Positions 18,502 through 28,062 of a stretch of DNA of 64,000 nt are shown in pieces (position 1 is the stretch's first letter; every line of letters starts with the position of its first letter). This stretch comes from a virus (lineage: Duplodnaviria > Caudoviricetes): the IMG/VR virus record IMGVR_UViG_3300009161_000021. One strand, given 5' to 3'. The notes beneath the pieces are model-generated. The model saw only the letters and a list, made by a program, of their open reading frames with translations. It was not told the DNA's origin and ran no database searches. A program made the translations under genes and the position numbers.

Positions 18502-18798
18502 TCAGAGCTGTTCGAGGATGTGGGCGCGAATCTCCTGACGAGCCTCGTTAATCTCCGAGAGACGCCGCGCGATACGTGCTGCTTCGTTCTGGAGATCCTT
18601 GTAATGAGCGACTTCCTTCGCGAGCGTGTGAGCGAGCTCAGTGGGCTCGACTTCCTTCGTCTGCTTCGCAGCATCGCGGGTTGTGCCGGGCTTACCGGAT
18701 GGCATCTTCTTGGACGCGCGCTTCTTAGCAATCTTCTGCTTCTCTTCCTTGATGATGAGACGAAGAATTTCAGGGGTGAGATTTACGACCTTCGACAT
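18502..18798 (-). CDS. Small hypothetical protein with leader-like motif and coiled coil
   Basis: AAGGAG RBS; NLTPEILRLIIKEE motif. Confidence 0.8.
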   Translation of the reverse strand: MSKVVNLTPEILRLIIKEEKQKIAKKRASKKMPSGKPGTTRDAAKQTKEVEPTELAHTLAKEVAHYKDLQNEAARIARRLSEINEARQEIRAHILEQL

Positions 18799-18826
18799 AT
18801 TGACTCCTTTGTAGGCATATCAATTG

Positions 18827-18835
18827 TTAACTATC
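18827..18835 (-). promoter_or_regulatory. Putative late promoter motif (GATAGTTAA)
   Basis: 28 nt upstream of the ATG at 18798. Confidence 0.5.
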
Positions 18836-18839
18836 TTCA

Positions 18840-19292
18840 TCACTTCTTTTTTTCTGCCGAGAAAGCAAGTTCAGCCCAATTTGACGACCCTTCAAAAAGT
18901 GACATGGGATCAACATCTGGAACCCCCTGGGCGACTGACATTGCGGCAGCTGGATTCCGTTCAGCGGTCATCTGGGCTGGTAGCGTGTTTCGTGCAGTGT
19001 CCTCGAATATCTGCTGCATGATCCCGCGTTCCTCCTTCGGAAATTCGGACGCAAGGTTCGCGACAGCAGGTATTGGAGCTCTGCGACCTTGCGCTTGCTC
19101 TGCGACTCTGCTCGCCCCTGCTGAGAATGCTATGCTATCGAGATGCTTCTTCGGTGCTGGCGCGGGTCGGTTCAGAGATTCGCGTTGGGGACGAGCAGGA
19201 GGCTCCTCACCGCCCCGGAGACCCTCGAGAAGAACCTCCAAGATGCACTCTTTAACAATGTCCTTTAACTCAGCCTTAGTCAACGATGCCAT
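18840..19292 (-). CDS. Hypothetical protein (head region)
   Basis: TAATG-coupled to the protease gene; LTKAELKDIVKECILEVLLE motif. Confidence 0.8.
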   Translation of the reverse strand: MASLTKAELKDIVKECILEVLLEGLRGGEEPPARPQRESLNRPAPAPKKHLDSIAFSAGASRVAEQAQGRRAPIPAVANLASEFPKEERGIMQQIFEDTARNTLPAQMTAERNPAAAMSVAQGVPDVDPMSLFEGSSNWAELAFSAEKKK

Positions 19293-19903
19293 TAAGCCTT
19301 CCAGGTTAGAATATCGTTGAATATTCTATCAATCCGATCGCTTCGATTAAATGTTCTTGAAAGTTCCGAGGCTTTTACTTCACGACCTTCCCTCATCATG
19401 AAAGCGCCGGGGGTGCTCGGCTCCGAAACGAAATCCCAGCAGATAAGCTGGAAGTCATCCTGCACGACCTGGGAGTCACCCGACTTGCTGGTCGATCCGA
19501 CACCGCGGGAAGAGATTCCAAGCGTGACGCCAGCCTCGACAAGGCTTTGAAGGATCTTGCCGCAGGGAGTGTCAAGGATCTCAACTGTTCCATAGCAGAC
19601 GTTTCCCTCCATGTAAGCTTCCCTGATGATGTGACTCACCTTTTTCAGCTCCACTACGGACGAATCGGGGTGATCGCATTCGCCCAGCGCTCGATTCTCT
19701 CGAATGAATTTCTGGTAGTTTCTTACCTCACGTTCGAGAATATCACGAGGATAGATTCTCCCGTTCTGGTTCAGTGTTTCAGCCTTCTGAAGGATTCCCT
19801 TCATGATAAGGCGACCACCGCTCTCCTTCGCCTCTCTGATCGATTTGTTATCGTAAGAGAATGGCATCCATTCCGTCAAAAGTGTCAGGGATCTATCACT
19901 CAT
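19292..19903 (-). CDS. gp21: Prohead protease (T4 gp21-like)
   Basis: GILQKAETLNQNGRIYP, ALGECDHP, ILDTPCGKI, GISSRGVGS, DFVSEPSTPGAF motifs. Confidence 0.96.
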   Translation of the reverse strand: MSDRSLTLLTEWMPFSYDNKSIREAKESGGRLIMKGILQKAETLNQNGRIYPRDILEREVRNYQKFIRENRALGECDHPDSSVVELKKVSHIIREAYMEGNVCYGTVEILDTPCGKILQSLVEAGVTLGISSRGVGSTSKSGDSQVVQDDFQLICWDFVSEPSTPGAFMMREGREVKASELSRTFNRSDRIDRIFNDILTWKA

Positions 19904-20732
19904 CTTTTGCCTCTAATTCTTGCTGTAGTTGCGTTAGCTGCATGAACTTAACGATTCCTGCGTCATCCAACTTCGTGACGTCAGCGCTTTCGACAATTTT
20001 GAAGACGTGATCGATCTTCTCAAGGAGCACCTGACTCTTTGTCGACTCTTTAAGACGTTGCAGTCCCCTGCTCGTCCTTCTTTTTATATTGTCGAGCATA
20101 GAAGCATCAACTTTGCCATGAACATAATCTCGAATCAGCTGATGCTGAACCTCGGTTAACTTTCCAGCCCACTTCTTCTCGAACTTTTCGTTCATGATCT
20201 TTACTGAAAGAGGAGAAACGCGCTCGTTCTTCAGCTCGGTCAGAACAGGCGTCTCTGATTTGTCGGAACCGATCCACTCAAGCAGCTTCTGCTCATACTG
20301 AATGACTCGACCCAGGCTTGCCTCATCGTCCTTGCGCCAATCATTCATCAGAGTCTGAACCGTGGCGTAGAGTCTGTAGTTCTTAACGTGCTGGTTGAAG
20401 AACTTGACATCATCTATCGATTTGTTTATCTCCCTAATCAGCTGTGATTTTTCAATTTCAAGCTGACGCGTTGAGAACATATTCGAGCCACGTTTGGCTT
20501 CCTGCATAATGCGAAGACCAACATTCTCAGATTTCACGGTAGTGTTCAGCAACGCCTGAAACAACCTGTGCTCTTTGAATATCTCGGTCCCGGGCTTGTA
20601 GTACTTCTTAATGATTCTCGAGCATTCCTGGACGGTCTCGAAGTCATTATCGATGAGAGCGGACGATGCTTTTGAGAGCAGCTGCTCGTAGATGATCCCG
20701 ACGTTTCTTTTTTTGTTGTGAGAGTTACTCAT
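19896..20732 (-). CDS. Hypothetical protein between portal and protease
   Basis: Likely start MSNSHNKKRNVGIIYEQL at 20732 (ATGAGTAA overlap with the portal stop), shorter than the track ORF ending at 20780; helical. Confidence 0.8.
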   Translation of the reverse strand: MSNSHNKKRNVGIIYEQLLSKASSALIDNDFETVQECSRIIKKYYKPGTEIFKEHRLFQALLNTTVKSENVGLRIMQEAKRGSNMFSTRQLEIEKSQLIREINKSIDDVKFFNQHVKNYRLYATVQTLMNDWRKDDEASLGRVIQYEQKLLEWIGSDKSETPVLTELKNERVSPLSVKIMNEKFEKKWAGKLTEVQHQLIRDYVHGKVDASMLDNIKRRTSRGLQRLKESTKSQVLLEKIDHVFKIVESADVTKLDDAGIVKFMQLTQLQQELEAKDE

Positions 20733-22632
20733 CGAAGCTTCCTGATTTGCTGGGTGACTCTGGTGTCTCGAGTAAGACATCCGTACTTTGCTTACGTATT
20801 CTCGAGCGAGCTTGTTTAAGGGCTGAATCTAACTGAGCTGACATTCTCGGCTTCGGGAAGGGAGGATTATCATAGAGCTGCTCGACCAAGCTCAAATTCG
20901 GTCTTGACTCTGTTGCTAGCGAGAAGAGCTCATCTTCATCGAAGACTCTGTTTGAAGTATCCTGATCCCTCGCCCACTTTCCAGTTCCCGCCATCTTGAA
21001 CATATCCGGCATTTCCACGGAAGCTGCGGTCGAGCGGTCACGTTCCTGCTCGACGTCTTTTCCGAAAGCGTTTCTTATCTTCTTCTCCGCGCGAAGTGGA
21101 AGCTCATCATTCTCTATCGACATCACAGCAGGTTTCTCAACACCAGCAGAGACGATCTCACCCTCTCTCTCGTAGCCAGCCGTGATCGGCGCTGCTCCGC
21201 CAGCGCCACCTCCGCCACCGACTCCGCCCTCGCCACCAGGCATCGACTCGAGCTCAGCGTCCTCTTCCTTATCCTTCTTCCTACCCTCTTTCACAGCTTC
21301 GATCTCTTCATCAGAGAACCCAAGTATGTTCTTCCTTACCCAACGTCGATCGACGATTCCCTCAGGAGCTTTTCCAGCAATGTCGAACCTTGATGAAATC
21401 AGCTCAAGCTTTTGCTGCTGAGCTATTGTGGACGGGTTGGAGAGCTTGAGCGTGAAGTTAAGCAGATCCTCACCCTCATACCCATGCGAGTAGAGGTGGA
21501 TCATCGCCATCTTGTTCAGCTCTGAAATGACCACCTTCTGAATCCTTGAGATCGTGCGTGAGAATCGAATGTCTTCCTGCGCGAGAGTTGCCTTCGCTCC
21601 GATCTCCTCATCGTAACCGAGGTAAGCTTTCGGAATTTTCAAAGCTGCGAAAAGCTTCTTCTGTATGTACTGGACGTCCTCGATCGCAGCAGCGTTGCTT
21701 CCGCCCGCCAGCGAATCGATCTTTGTACCTGTCTCGCCACCACGAACGGGAATGAAGTAATCCTCGTCAACAGCGAGCGGATTGTAGCGAAGGTCCATCT
21801 TGCCGTTCGCCTTGTCGGATACTTTATTTCTCTTAAGGCTTGTCTGCGCCTGCTCCATGAAGTTGGCAACCTCTTCTGGAGGAACGTTTCCAACATCGAT
21901 GTAGAATACACGCCGCTCCGGAGCGCGGACGATACGATACACGAGCATCGCATCCTCCATCAGAATCATCTGACGCCAGATTCTACGAGCTGACTCCAGG
22001 ACTGATGATCCGTAAGGAAGGAACGCATCATTACCGAGAAGCCGAAAATGTGAGATCTGCCAGTTCTCCAGGACCTGGTTGCCTCGAGTGATCCAACGAA
22101 AACGAACCGCCATCGGGTCCTTAGGGTCATACCCTTCCTCTCGCTCCATCTCGGAGATAGGGATAGGATAAGCGTTGATGATCCCGTAACCTGGATGAAC
22201 ATCGTTGAAGAGGAAGAAGTCTCCGTACTTACAGAGATTTCGGGTCCACATCGGAAGGTTAAACTCAATGTTCAGAGTATCGGAGAATAGCGTGTCCAGT
22301 AGCTCCTTAACGCGTCTGTTCTCCGAATGAACGTGAAGAACCTGGCTCTTCTCGTCCTGTGAGACAGTCTCTTCCGCGTAAATGTCGAGAGCGGAAGCGA
22401 TCTCAGGAGTAGCCTCCATTTCCGAGAAGTCAGAGTAGCGCGACATACGATCGAAAGCACCATACGCAGCTACCGTGCTTGAGTAGATGTCAGATTGATT
22501 CTTCCTGAACATCTCGTAAGCGGACGAAGCTGTGGGTTCTGAATAGTTCTTCACCTTCCGTCTGATTACGGGGCCCGACCTAAAAAGTTGGGTCAGTCTT
22601 TGGAATAGATCTCTGTTTGTTTTTTCTGCCAT
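20725..22632 (-). CDS. gp20: Portal protein (T4 gp20-like)
   Basis: PEIASALDIYAEE, YGSSVLESARRIWRQMILMEDAMLVYRIVRAPERRVFYIDVGN, EDYFIPVRGG, KLFAALKIPK motifs. Confidence 0.96.
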   Translation of the reverse strand: MAEKTNRDLFQRLTQLFRSGPVIRRKVKNYSEPTASSAYEMFRKNQSDIYSSTVAAYGAFDRMSRYSDFSEMEATPEIASALDIYAEETVSQDEKSQVLHVHSENRRVKELLDTLFSDTLNIEFNLPMWTRNLCKYGDFFLFNDVHPGYGIINAYPIPISEMEREEGYDPKDPMAVRFRWITRGNQVLENWQISHFRLLGNDAFLPYGSSVLESARRIWRQMILMEDAMLVYRIVRAPERRVFYIDVGNVPPEEVANFMEQAQTSLKRNKVSDKANGKMDLRYNPLAVDEDYFIPVRGGETGTKIDSLAGGSNAAAIEDVQYIQKKLFAALKIPKAYLGYDEEIGAKATLAQEDIRFSRTISRIQKVVISELNKMAMIHLYSHGYEGEDLLNFTLKLSNPSTIAQQQKLELISSRFDIAGKAPEGIVDRRWVRKNILGFSDEEIEAVKEGRKKDKEEDAELESMPGGEGGVGGGGGAGGAAPITAGYEREGEIVSAGVEKPAVMSIENDELPLRAEKKIRNAFGKDVEQERDRSTAASVEMPDMFKMAGTGKWARDQDTSNRVFDEDELFSLATESRPNLSLVEQLYDNPPFPKPRMSAQLDSALKQARSRIRKQSTDVLLETPESPSKSGSFDE

Positions 22633-22648
22633 CTTGCTCTCAATTCTA

Positions 22649-22657
22649 TTAGATAAT
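22649..22657 (-). promoter_or_regulatory. Putative late promoter motif (ATTATCTAA)
   Basis: 16 nt upstream of the portal ATG. Confidence 0.4.
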
Positions 22658-22670
22658 TCGCGAACTTAAA

Positions 22671-24266
22671 TTAGCCCCTGATGAGCCACCCAAAATGAGC
22701 GTAAGGGTTGGCATTTCCAACCGCGCTCTTCGGGGCTGCGTCCATCATGATCGGAGACATGGTGTTTCTTGCGTGAGGAACAAACGGCTGCTCGTCATGG
22801 TCGCGTTTGTTGACCGCAAACGCTGAAAGCATCGCTCGAGTCATTTCCTGACTTTGCTTAGAGTAATCGATGTTGGTGTCGTAAAGCCATATCCCGATCG
22901 CGAGAGCCATCACGAGATCATCGTTGTATCCTTTCATCGCTTTTGCAGTCTGCCCGATCCAAGTGAATGTCTTGAGCTCCTCAGACATCCGCGTGGATCT
23001 GATCCTGATCTGCTTGTTTCGAATAACCTCTTCGAGCTTTGTGAGAATCTTTGTTCTATTGGAAGGACCGGTCGTGAATCCGATGTTGGCGATGTCCTCA
23101 GAGCCAGCCGTGGCTCCCATGTACATGTACTTCTTGTCCTTGTAGTACAAGTTTGGATACCCAAGCTCTTTGAGCTTCATGCAGACGGCGTAACCGTAGC
23201 TGTTATTCTCTGGGCAGACAAGGGCTTTTCCGTATCTCAGACCCACCTCGTTAAGAACAACGGCAAATTGGTCTGGTGGAACCTTGCCCTTGAACTCGCA
23301 AACCTGCTCGCCTGCCGTTGTGTCGATGACGTGAAAGCTTGAGTAGTCTGCTCCGTCTCCTCGAGCGACGTCCGCAGAGACAATGTACTTGTGATCCGGC
23401 AGGAAGTAACGCCAGACCCACACTCCCATCTCTGGACCCCATCTTTCGATGGGAGTTTGCGTATGCGAGATGATGTACTCCAGATCGTTCGCATTGAGAA
23501 ACGTATCACCTGAGGCTGCGAAGTCGCAAAGAAGCTCCTGCGCAACCTGCTTGCGGGTCATATTCTTCGACTCGTTGTCGAACCATACTTGATCACGCTC
23601 TGGATGGACGTCCCAGGGAAGCTTAATCGCGTTGAACTCGTTTAGACCGGCCTCTCCCTCAACGTAGAGCTTGTGATACTGGCCGCCGACACCGTTAGGA
23701 GTGGAGAGAACGATAGCACGACCACCTGTTGACAGGGTCGGATACAGACCGGTCCAGAGCTCATCGAAGTTTCCAATGAATGCAGCTTCGTCAACGATAA
23801 GGAGAGTAAGAGCTTCTGATCGACCTGCGTCGTCCGACGTTGGAATCGCTTTAACGGACGATCCGTTGCTGAATTCGACGACTTGCTTCGTGTCCGACTT
23901 CACTGTCGGCATAATCAACCAAGACGGAAGATTCTGAAGCATGACCTTCACCTTCTTGATGAAGTTCTGAGCGACAGCAAGCTTCGTGGCAATGATTAGA
24001 ATTGCCTTGTCTTTGTAAAAGAGCGCGAGCCAGAGAGCGTAAGCGGCTGCGAGAGTCGAGATTCCTAGCTGTCTCGATTTGAGAATGACGTTGAACCTGT
24101 GCTCCTCGAATTGAGTCAAGCAGTCATCTTGGAATTTGTACGTGTCAAATCCCACAAGGCCTCGGGTTGGGTGCTGAATTTTCACGTACTTGTTGATGAA
24201 GTACGATGAATTCTTACCACAAGCGACAATCTCGGCGATCTGCTTTTCTTTCGAGAGCACAGCCAT
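22671..24266 (-). CDS. gp17: Terminase large subunit (T4 gp17-like)
   Basis: KSRQLGIST (Walker A), LLIVDEAAF (Walker B), STPNG, ADVARGDGADYS and DDLVMA nuclease acidic motifs. Confidence 0.96.
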   Translation of the reverse strand: MAVLSKEKQIAEIVACGKNSSYFINKYVKIQHPTRGLVGFDTYKFQDDCLTQFEEHRFNVILKSRQLGISTLAAAYALWLALFYKDKAILIIATKLAVAQNFIKKVKVMLQNLPSWLIMPTVKSDTKQVVEFSNGSSVKAIPTSDDAGRSEALTLLIVDEAAFIGNFDELWTGLYPTLSTGGRAIVLSTPNGVGGQYHKLYVEGEAGLNEFNAIKLPWDVHPERDQVWFDNESKNMTRKQVAQELLCDFAASGDTFLNANDLEYIISHTQTPIERWGPEMGVWVWRYFLPDHKYIVSADVARGDGADYSSFHVIDTTAGEQVCEFKGKVPPDQFAVVLNEVGLRYGKALVCPENNSYGYAVCMKLKELGYPNLYYKDKKYMYMGATAGSEDIANIGFTTGPSNRTKILTKLEEVIRNKQIRIRSTRMSEELKTFTWIGQTAKAMKGYNDDLVMALAIGIWLYDTNIDYSKQSQEMTRAMLSAFAVNKRDHDEQPFVPHARNTMSPIMMDAAPKSAVGNANPYAHFGWLIRG

Positions 24267-24267
24267 G

Positions 24268-24639
24268 TCACATCACCTGAAGCGTGACCTGTCTCCTGTA
24301 ATAGGCAACGCGGCGCGGTGATAGATTCGTAGCTGCGATAACTTCGATAGAGTCGGTGTTCGAAGCCTCTTTAAGCTTCAAAGTCTTTCCAGTCGCTTCC
24401 TTAAACTTCGCCTTTGTGTCCGCAACACACTTTGTGATAATGTCGATCGATTCGTACTTGATCCTGTCGACCTGCGCACGAAGAGCTTGATCAGCGGCAA
24501 AGTGAACTACCGTGAGAAACTTAAAAGTTATGGTCTCACCGTTGGTGGAGCATGTAACAGAGTTCGGCATGGACGAAACGCCCCATCCCTTCTGGGTTAT
24601 ATGCCCCAACGCGTTGAGTTCTTGTGTTGATAAGTGCAT
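24268..24639 (-). CDS. Hypothetical protein upstream of terminase
   Basis: 123 aa ORF, GGAG RBS, ends 1 nt before the terminase start. Confidence 0.75.
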   Translation of the reverse strand: MHLSTQELNALGHITQKGWGVSSMPNSVTCSTNGETITFKFLTVVHFAADQALRAQVDRIKYESIDIITKCVADTKAKFKEATGKTLKLKEASNTDSIEVIAATNLSPRRVAYYRRQVTLQVM

Positions 24640-24657
24640 GTCTTATATCTCTCCCAA

Positions 24658-24666
24658 CTTAAATAT
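24658..24666 (-). promoter_or_regulatory. Putative late promoter motif (ATATTTAAG)
   Basis: About 19 nt upstream of the ATG at 24639; overlaps the upstream stop codon. Confidence 0.45.
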
Positions 24667-24940
24667 GCCTTCTCGAGTGAGGCGATGAGAGTCTCTTAGA
24701 TATGATCTCATTAAGGCTCTCTGGTCCTGGTCTCCAGCCCTCCATCCACCTTGACCTGTTGGGATCAGCGACTTCATTTTCACAGTCAAAGCAGCAGCCC
24801 GTCCTCATGATAGAAATCGTGTCAAGTTCATCTATCGCGACGCTTCGACAAAGTGGGCAATCGATGGGTGATGGATTCACCTTGATATCGCCTCGCTTGA
24901 CGATCCTGTACCCGTTCTTCTCTTTCACTTCATTTCTCAT
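24659..24940 (-). CDS. Small Cys-rich putative zinc-binding protein
   Basis: CPLC...CCFDC motif; TGATG-coupled to the Mre11-Rad50 gene. Confidence 0.75.
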   Translation of the reverse strand: MRNEVKEKNGYRIVKRGDIKVNPSPIDCPLCRSVAIDELDTISIMRTGCCFDCENEVADPNRSRWMEGWRPGPESLNEIISKRLSSPHSRRHI

Positions 24941-27900
24941 CAGTACCTCACATTCGCATCGATCCCATCATGAGAGATCTCGATGACATTATCAACAATA
25001 TCCTTGATGCTGTCAACGTGCGAGATCACAAGCATGTTCTTAAAGTTACGCTTGAGTGAAGTGAGGAGGCGGGCACACGATTCCAGATTGGTATCGTCCA
25101 GAGCTCCGAACCCCTCATCAATAATGAAAAGGTCGGGCTTTGGGATCGCAGACACTTCGATCAGAGCTGTCCTGATCGCCAGGGACGAGATCATCTTCTC
25201 CATACCGGATGAGAGCTCGATGGGACGCTTGGAATCCCCATAGTCGATAAAGATCTCGAGGTCTCCATCCTCCTCGTTCGCGAGCAGCTCAACATTGAAG
25301 TTTGCAACGCCGGTCAGGACCTTGGCAATCTCGTTGTTGATCCTGGGGAGCTGAGACGCGATAATCTGCAGCGGAATGCCATCCTTACCAGTTGCAGCGA
25401 GTATCGTCTCAAAAACCTTCCAGTCAGCCTGAAGCTTATCGATTCTCTCGATATCCTGCTTGAGCCGGGAGATCTCAGCTCCGATCGCTCCGATCCACTG
25501 GTTGTCCTTTAGGATCTTCTTCGAAATCTCCTGAGACTTCCGCTCCTGCTCGTCAACCTCGAGCTGCATCTTCTTGACCTCCTCGAGCGCGGAGACTGAG
25601 ATTGCTGCACGAATCTCCTGTAACAATTTGTTCACTCTCTGAAATTCTTTCTCAAGAGACTCTCCGAGAGACTCCAAACTCTTCGCCTTACCCTCGTGAG
25701 CAGTGAGCGAGGTTCGAGCTGCAGGGAGTTTCGATTCGATCGAGACAAACTTCTCGTAACGTGATTTCATCTCGTTCAAACTGCTTGGATCAAAGCTCTG
25801 CTTCAGCTCATCGATTAACGCTGTAATCTCGTCTAGGGAAGCTCGATGCTTCGGGATCAGAAGACGATCAGCGTGAGAGTCCTTGATGTACTTGCAAGTT
25901 GGGAACTTGTCGCCGCATGGAACATCGGAGAGTTTCGTGACAGACCTCTCCAGGCGTTGGAGAGTCTCACTCTCGAGCTTAAGCTTCGTCTGCGCGTCAT
26001 TTATCTTGGTCGAAATTCTCTCAGTACGCTCGATATCTGCTTTGAGAGCAGCGATGTCAACTGTTGCGAGCACGCCCTCGGTCTTCTCGATCTTCGCCCT
26101 GAGCTCATCGCGCTCGGCAATAGATCTTTCAAGCTCATCACGATTCTTCTTGATCTTGAGGTGGAGATCGATGATCTCCTCGTCGTACTTCTTGATGTCA
26201 TCTAAGGTGTGAGAAGATCCCGGCGACTCTCGCTCGAGGATAGCGCGAATCTTCTTGACGTGGGATTCGATGGAGCTCTTCTCGCGTTCGAGAACTGCTA
26301 TGTCATCATGAAGAGCTTCCTCCTCCTTCTGCTTCGCCTCGATCGCAGCCTTAAGATCGAGAGCAGGAGTCCTACGAAGCTCGGACTTTATCGAGCTCGA
26401 GCTTTCCTTTGCAAGGGTGTTCAGGGAATCGAACACCTGGAGATTCAGGAACTTGGAGAGGATATTCTTTCTTGCGGTGGCACGCTCCTTGAGGAAAGCG
26501 TTCATCTCGCCCTGAGCCGCGAAGGAGGTCAGAAGGAAGTCATCCGAGGTGCCGATGAGCGATCGAAGCGCCTTGTCGGAATCCTTACGCTGCTCTCCAG
26601 AAATGTCCTCAACTGGATTACCCTCATGATCGAGTCTGAAAAGATTTAGGTGAGTGATCGCGTGATTTAGACCCGCCTTCGTCTGATGCTTCACCGACTG
26701 GCGTTCAGAGAGGTAAGTGTCAGCCCCAGCTTGGAACTCGACCGAAGCCTTGCAGTAATCCTTCCGTGTGTTGATGATGTGGAGATTCTTGATCGGTCCA
26801 CGGTCAGTTGTGTTGAACAGCGAGTACATGATCGTACCGGGAATGGAAGACTTCCCTTGCGCATTTCGACCGAAGATTCCGGTGATTCCGCTGAGATTCT
26901 CGAAATCAATCTCGTTGTCCTTACCATATGAATAGGTGTTATCCCACTTCAACTTCTTAATGGACCACTTGACGCTTCCGAGACGTTCATCCTCTGGTAA
27001 GGAGTCGATAAGTTTCGAAACTGCCACGTCAAGCTTCACCAGCGAGTCACCTTCCAAACCCTTCGACTCAGCATAACTCTTAAAGAGACCCTTTATTGTA
27101 GAGGGATCGCGAAGGTTCTCCCGGGAGAGGGTGGTCGATCCTGCTCGCATCTCCTCCTTCGACTGCTCACCCACGAACTTCCAGACGACTTCGGAGGCAG
27201 TCCTCTTCTTCTTGAGTTCCCCAGCGAGCTGACGAGACTCAGAGATAGTGATGTTCTCATCGTTCAGGATCCTGAACCGGGAACCAGTCGGAAGCTTCTC
27301 GCAAACCTCCATCGTGGAGGAAACATCGCCCTGCCACTCGACGGTATGAAAAGGACGAGGATTCTTGAGCTTGACGAAGTTGACCCGGTACTCATCCCGG
27401 TTCTTGATCTGCCAGAAAAGGAATCCCTTCTCAGTTTCCTCACCGTAGTTCTGCTGGACGGTCGAACCGGGATACGCAATTCGAGTGTCTCCATCCAGGA
27501 ACTGGCGACGATGGATGTCGCCGAGGAGTGAGAAGTCGTACGGCCGGAACATGTCAACCGTCACCTCACCTTCGATCGGCATGCCAGTGTCCAGAAGTGA
27601 GCCACCAACAGCGCCATGATAGAGGGCGATGTTGAGCAGATCGGGATTGGGACTGCATTTGCTCCACCCCTCCTCGTCGAAGCACGAGAAATTGGCGAAG
27701 TTTACCCCGTTGATCTCATAACTTCCAGAGTCCTTCAGGAAATGGATGTTATGATGGTTGAGCGCCGCGATGATCGGGGAGATCGCATCGAGACGTGACT
27801 TATTATGGATGAGACCGTCATGGTTTCCAAGGATAACGACCGTCGGCCAGTTCGATAACTTTTGGAACCACCAGCGAAGACGATCGACAAGCTCGGGCGT

Positions 27901-28062
27901 GATGCCCTGAGTCTTGGAGTGGACAATGTCGCCACCCACGACGATCATATCCGGACAGAGATCATCTAGCTTCTTGAAGAAATCCTCGAAAACTTCGGTG
28001 TACTCATCATGACGCTGGAGACCACGCCAATGGATGTCTGCGATATGTGCGATCTTGATCAA
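24940..28062 (-). CDS. Fused Mre11/SbcD nuclease and Rad50/SbcC ATPase (gp47-gp46 fusion)
   Basis: N-terminal IAHIADIH, GGDIVH, GNHD, GDIH, YPGS metallophosphoesterase motifs; then GRNAQGKSS (Walker A), coiled coil, LSSGME signature, IIDEGFGALD (Walker B), ISH; one ORF with TTG start. Confidence 0.92.
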   Translation of the reverse strand: MIKIAHIADIHWRGLQRHDEYTEVFEDFFKKLDDLCPDMIVVGGDIVHSKTQGITPELVDRLRWWFQKLSNWPTVVILGNHDGLIHNKSRLDAISPIIAALNHHNIHFLKDSGSYEINGVNFANFSCFDEEGWSKCSPNPDLLNIALYHGAVGGSLLDTGMPIEGEVTVDMFRPYDFSLLGDIHRRQFLDGDTRIAYPGSTVQQNYGEETEKGFLFWQIKNRDEYRVNFVKLKNPRPFHTVEWQGDVSSTMEVCEKLPTGSRFRILNDENITISESRQLAGELKKKRTASEVVWKFVGEQSKEEMRAGSTTLSRENLRDPSTIKGLFKSYAESKGLEGDSLVKLDVAVSKLIDSLPEDERLGSVKWSIKKLKWDNTYSYGKDNEIDFENLSGITGIFGRNAQGKSSIPGTIMYSLFNTTDRGPIKNLHIINTRKDYCKASVEFQAGADTYLSERQSVKHQTKAGLNHAITHLNLFRLDHEGNPVEDISGEQRKDSDKALRSLIGTSDDFLLTSFAAQGEMNAFLKERATARKNILSKFLNLQVFDSLNTLAKESSSSIKSELRRTPALDLKAAIEAKQKEEEALHDDIAVLEREKSSIESHVKKIRAILERESPGSSHTLDDIKKYDEEIIDLHLKIKKNRDELERSIAERDELRAKIEKTEGVLATVDIAALKADIERTERISTKINDAQTKLKLESETLQRLERSVTKLSDVPCGDKFPTCKYIKDSHADRLLIPKHRASLDEITALIDELKQSFDPSSLNEMKSRYEKFVSIESKLPAARTSLTAHEGKAKSLESLGESLEKEFQRVNKLLQEIRAAISVSALEEVKKMQLEVDEQERKSQEISKKILKDNQWIGAIGAEISRLKQDIERIDKLQADWKVFETILAATGKDGIPLQIIASQLPRINNEIAKVLTGVANFNVELLANEEDGDLEIFIDYGDSKRPIELSSGMEKMISSLAIRTALIEVSAIPKPDLFIIDEGFGALDDTNLESCARLLTSLKRNFKNMLVISHVDSIKDIVDNVIEISHDGIDANVRY

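Noticed and set aside
18520-19320. 266-aa plus-strand ORF, and the many shorter plus-strand or alternate-frame ORFs in the track
   Set aside because: They lie entirely over well-supported minus-strand genes and are expected from codon bias; no recognisable products.
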